A DNA stretch of 7,890 bases from Octopus sinensis (Eukaryota), in assembly GCF_006345805.1 (NCBI RefSeq), contig NW_021828710.1:1-7890 (forward strand), read 5' to 3'. The position numbers and the translations under genes are program-made. Shown here in pieces: positions 7,676-7,890 of the stretch. Position 1 is the first letter of the stretch; the number at the start of each line of letters is the position of its first letter. The notes under the pieces were generated by a model. That model was not told the origin of the DNA. It did no database searches and worked only from the letters and a program-made list of their open reading frames with translations.

Positions 7676-7711
7676 CTTTTATGTTTCGAGCCTACGCTCT
7701 TCGACAGAAAG
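7676..7711 (-). ncRNA. Degenerate minimal type I hammerhead ribozyme motif (Penelope-like element relic, host segment ~7644-7770)
   Basis: Minus strand CTTT-CTGTCGA-A-GAGC-GTAG-GCTC-GAAA-CATA-AAAG: stem I CTTT/AAAG, CUGANGA-like box with A6>U, stem II GAGC/GCTC, GAAA box, CATA in place of CGTA. Confidence 0.6.
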
Positions 7712-7771
7712 GAATAAGAGAAAATAAACAGAAAGAGAATGAAAAGAACTTGTAGATTTCATCGGTTCAGC

Positions 7772-7890
7772 ATACATAACGGGCTTCTTCCAGTTTCCGT
7801 TTACTAAATTCACTCACGAGACTTTGGTCCGCCTGGGGCTGAACTAGAAGACACTAGACCCCCAAAGTGCTACGCCGTGGGACTGAACGC
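7772..7890 (-). mobile_element. 5' part of SINE family B (head runs off the window end)
   Basis: cgggcttcttccagtttccgt...ctttggtc...tagaagacact...gtgggactgaa matches ~5224-5328. Confidence 0.88.

Overview
Eukaryotic, repeat-dense, mostly non-coding DNA. The repeat inventory (tRNA-headed SINEs with CORE-like domains, very dense CA/GA/TA/ATCT/ATGT microsatellites) looks like a cephalopod, probably Octopus; this is recognition from memory, not a database result. One convincing coding exon lies on the minus strand (exon 683->423, CDS from ATG 658) and encodes a signal peptide followed by an S/T/N/D-rich segment with two N-glycosylation sequons. The rest is SINEs of about four types, two hAT-type MITEs with TIRs and 8-bp TSDs, a degenerate mariner-like MITE and microsatellites. 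Nearly all ORFs in the track are microsatellite or SINE artefacts. The most interesting signals are two candidate self-cleaving ribozyme relics on the minus strand: a minimal type I hammerhead at 7676-7711 (Penelope-like) and an HDV-like fold at 1297-1408 (RTE-like 5' end). Also notable are a multi-layer nested insertion at 6597-7890 and inverted SINE pairs that could form dsRNA. No prokaryotic features or CRISPR arrays were found.
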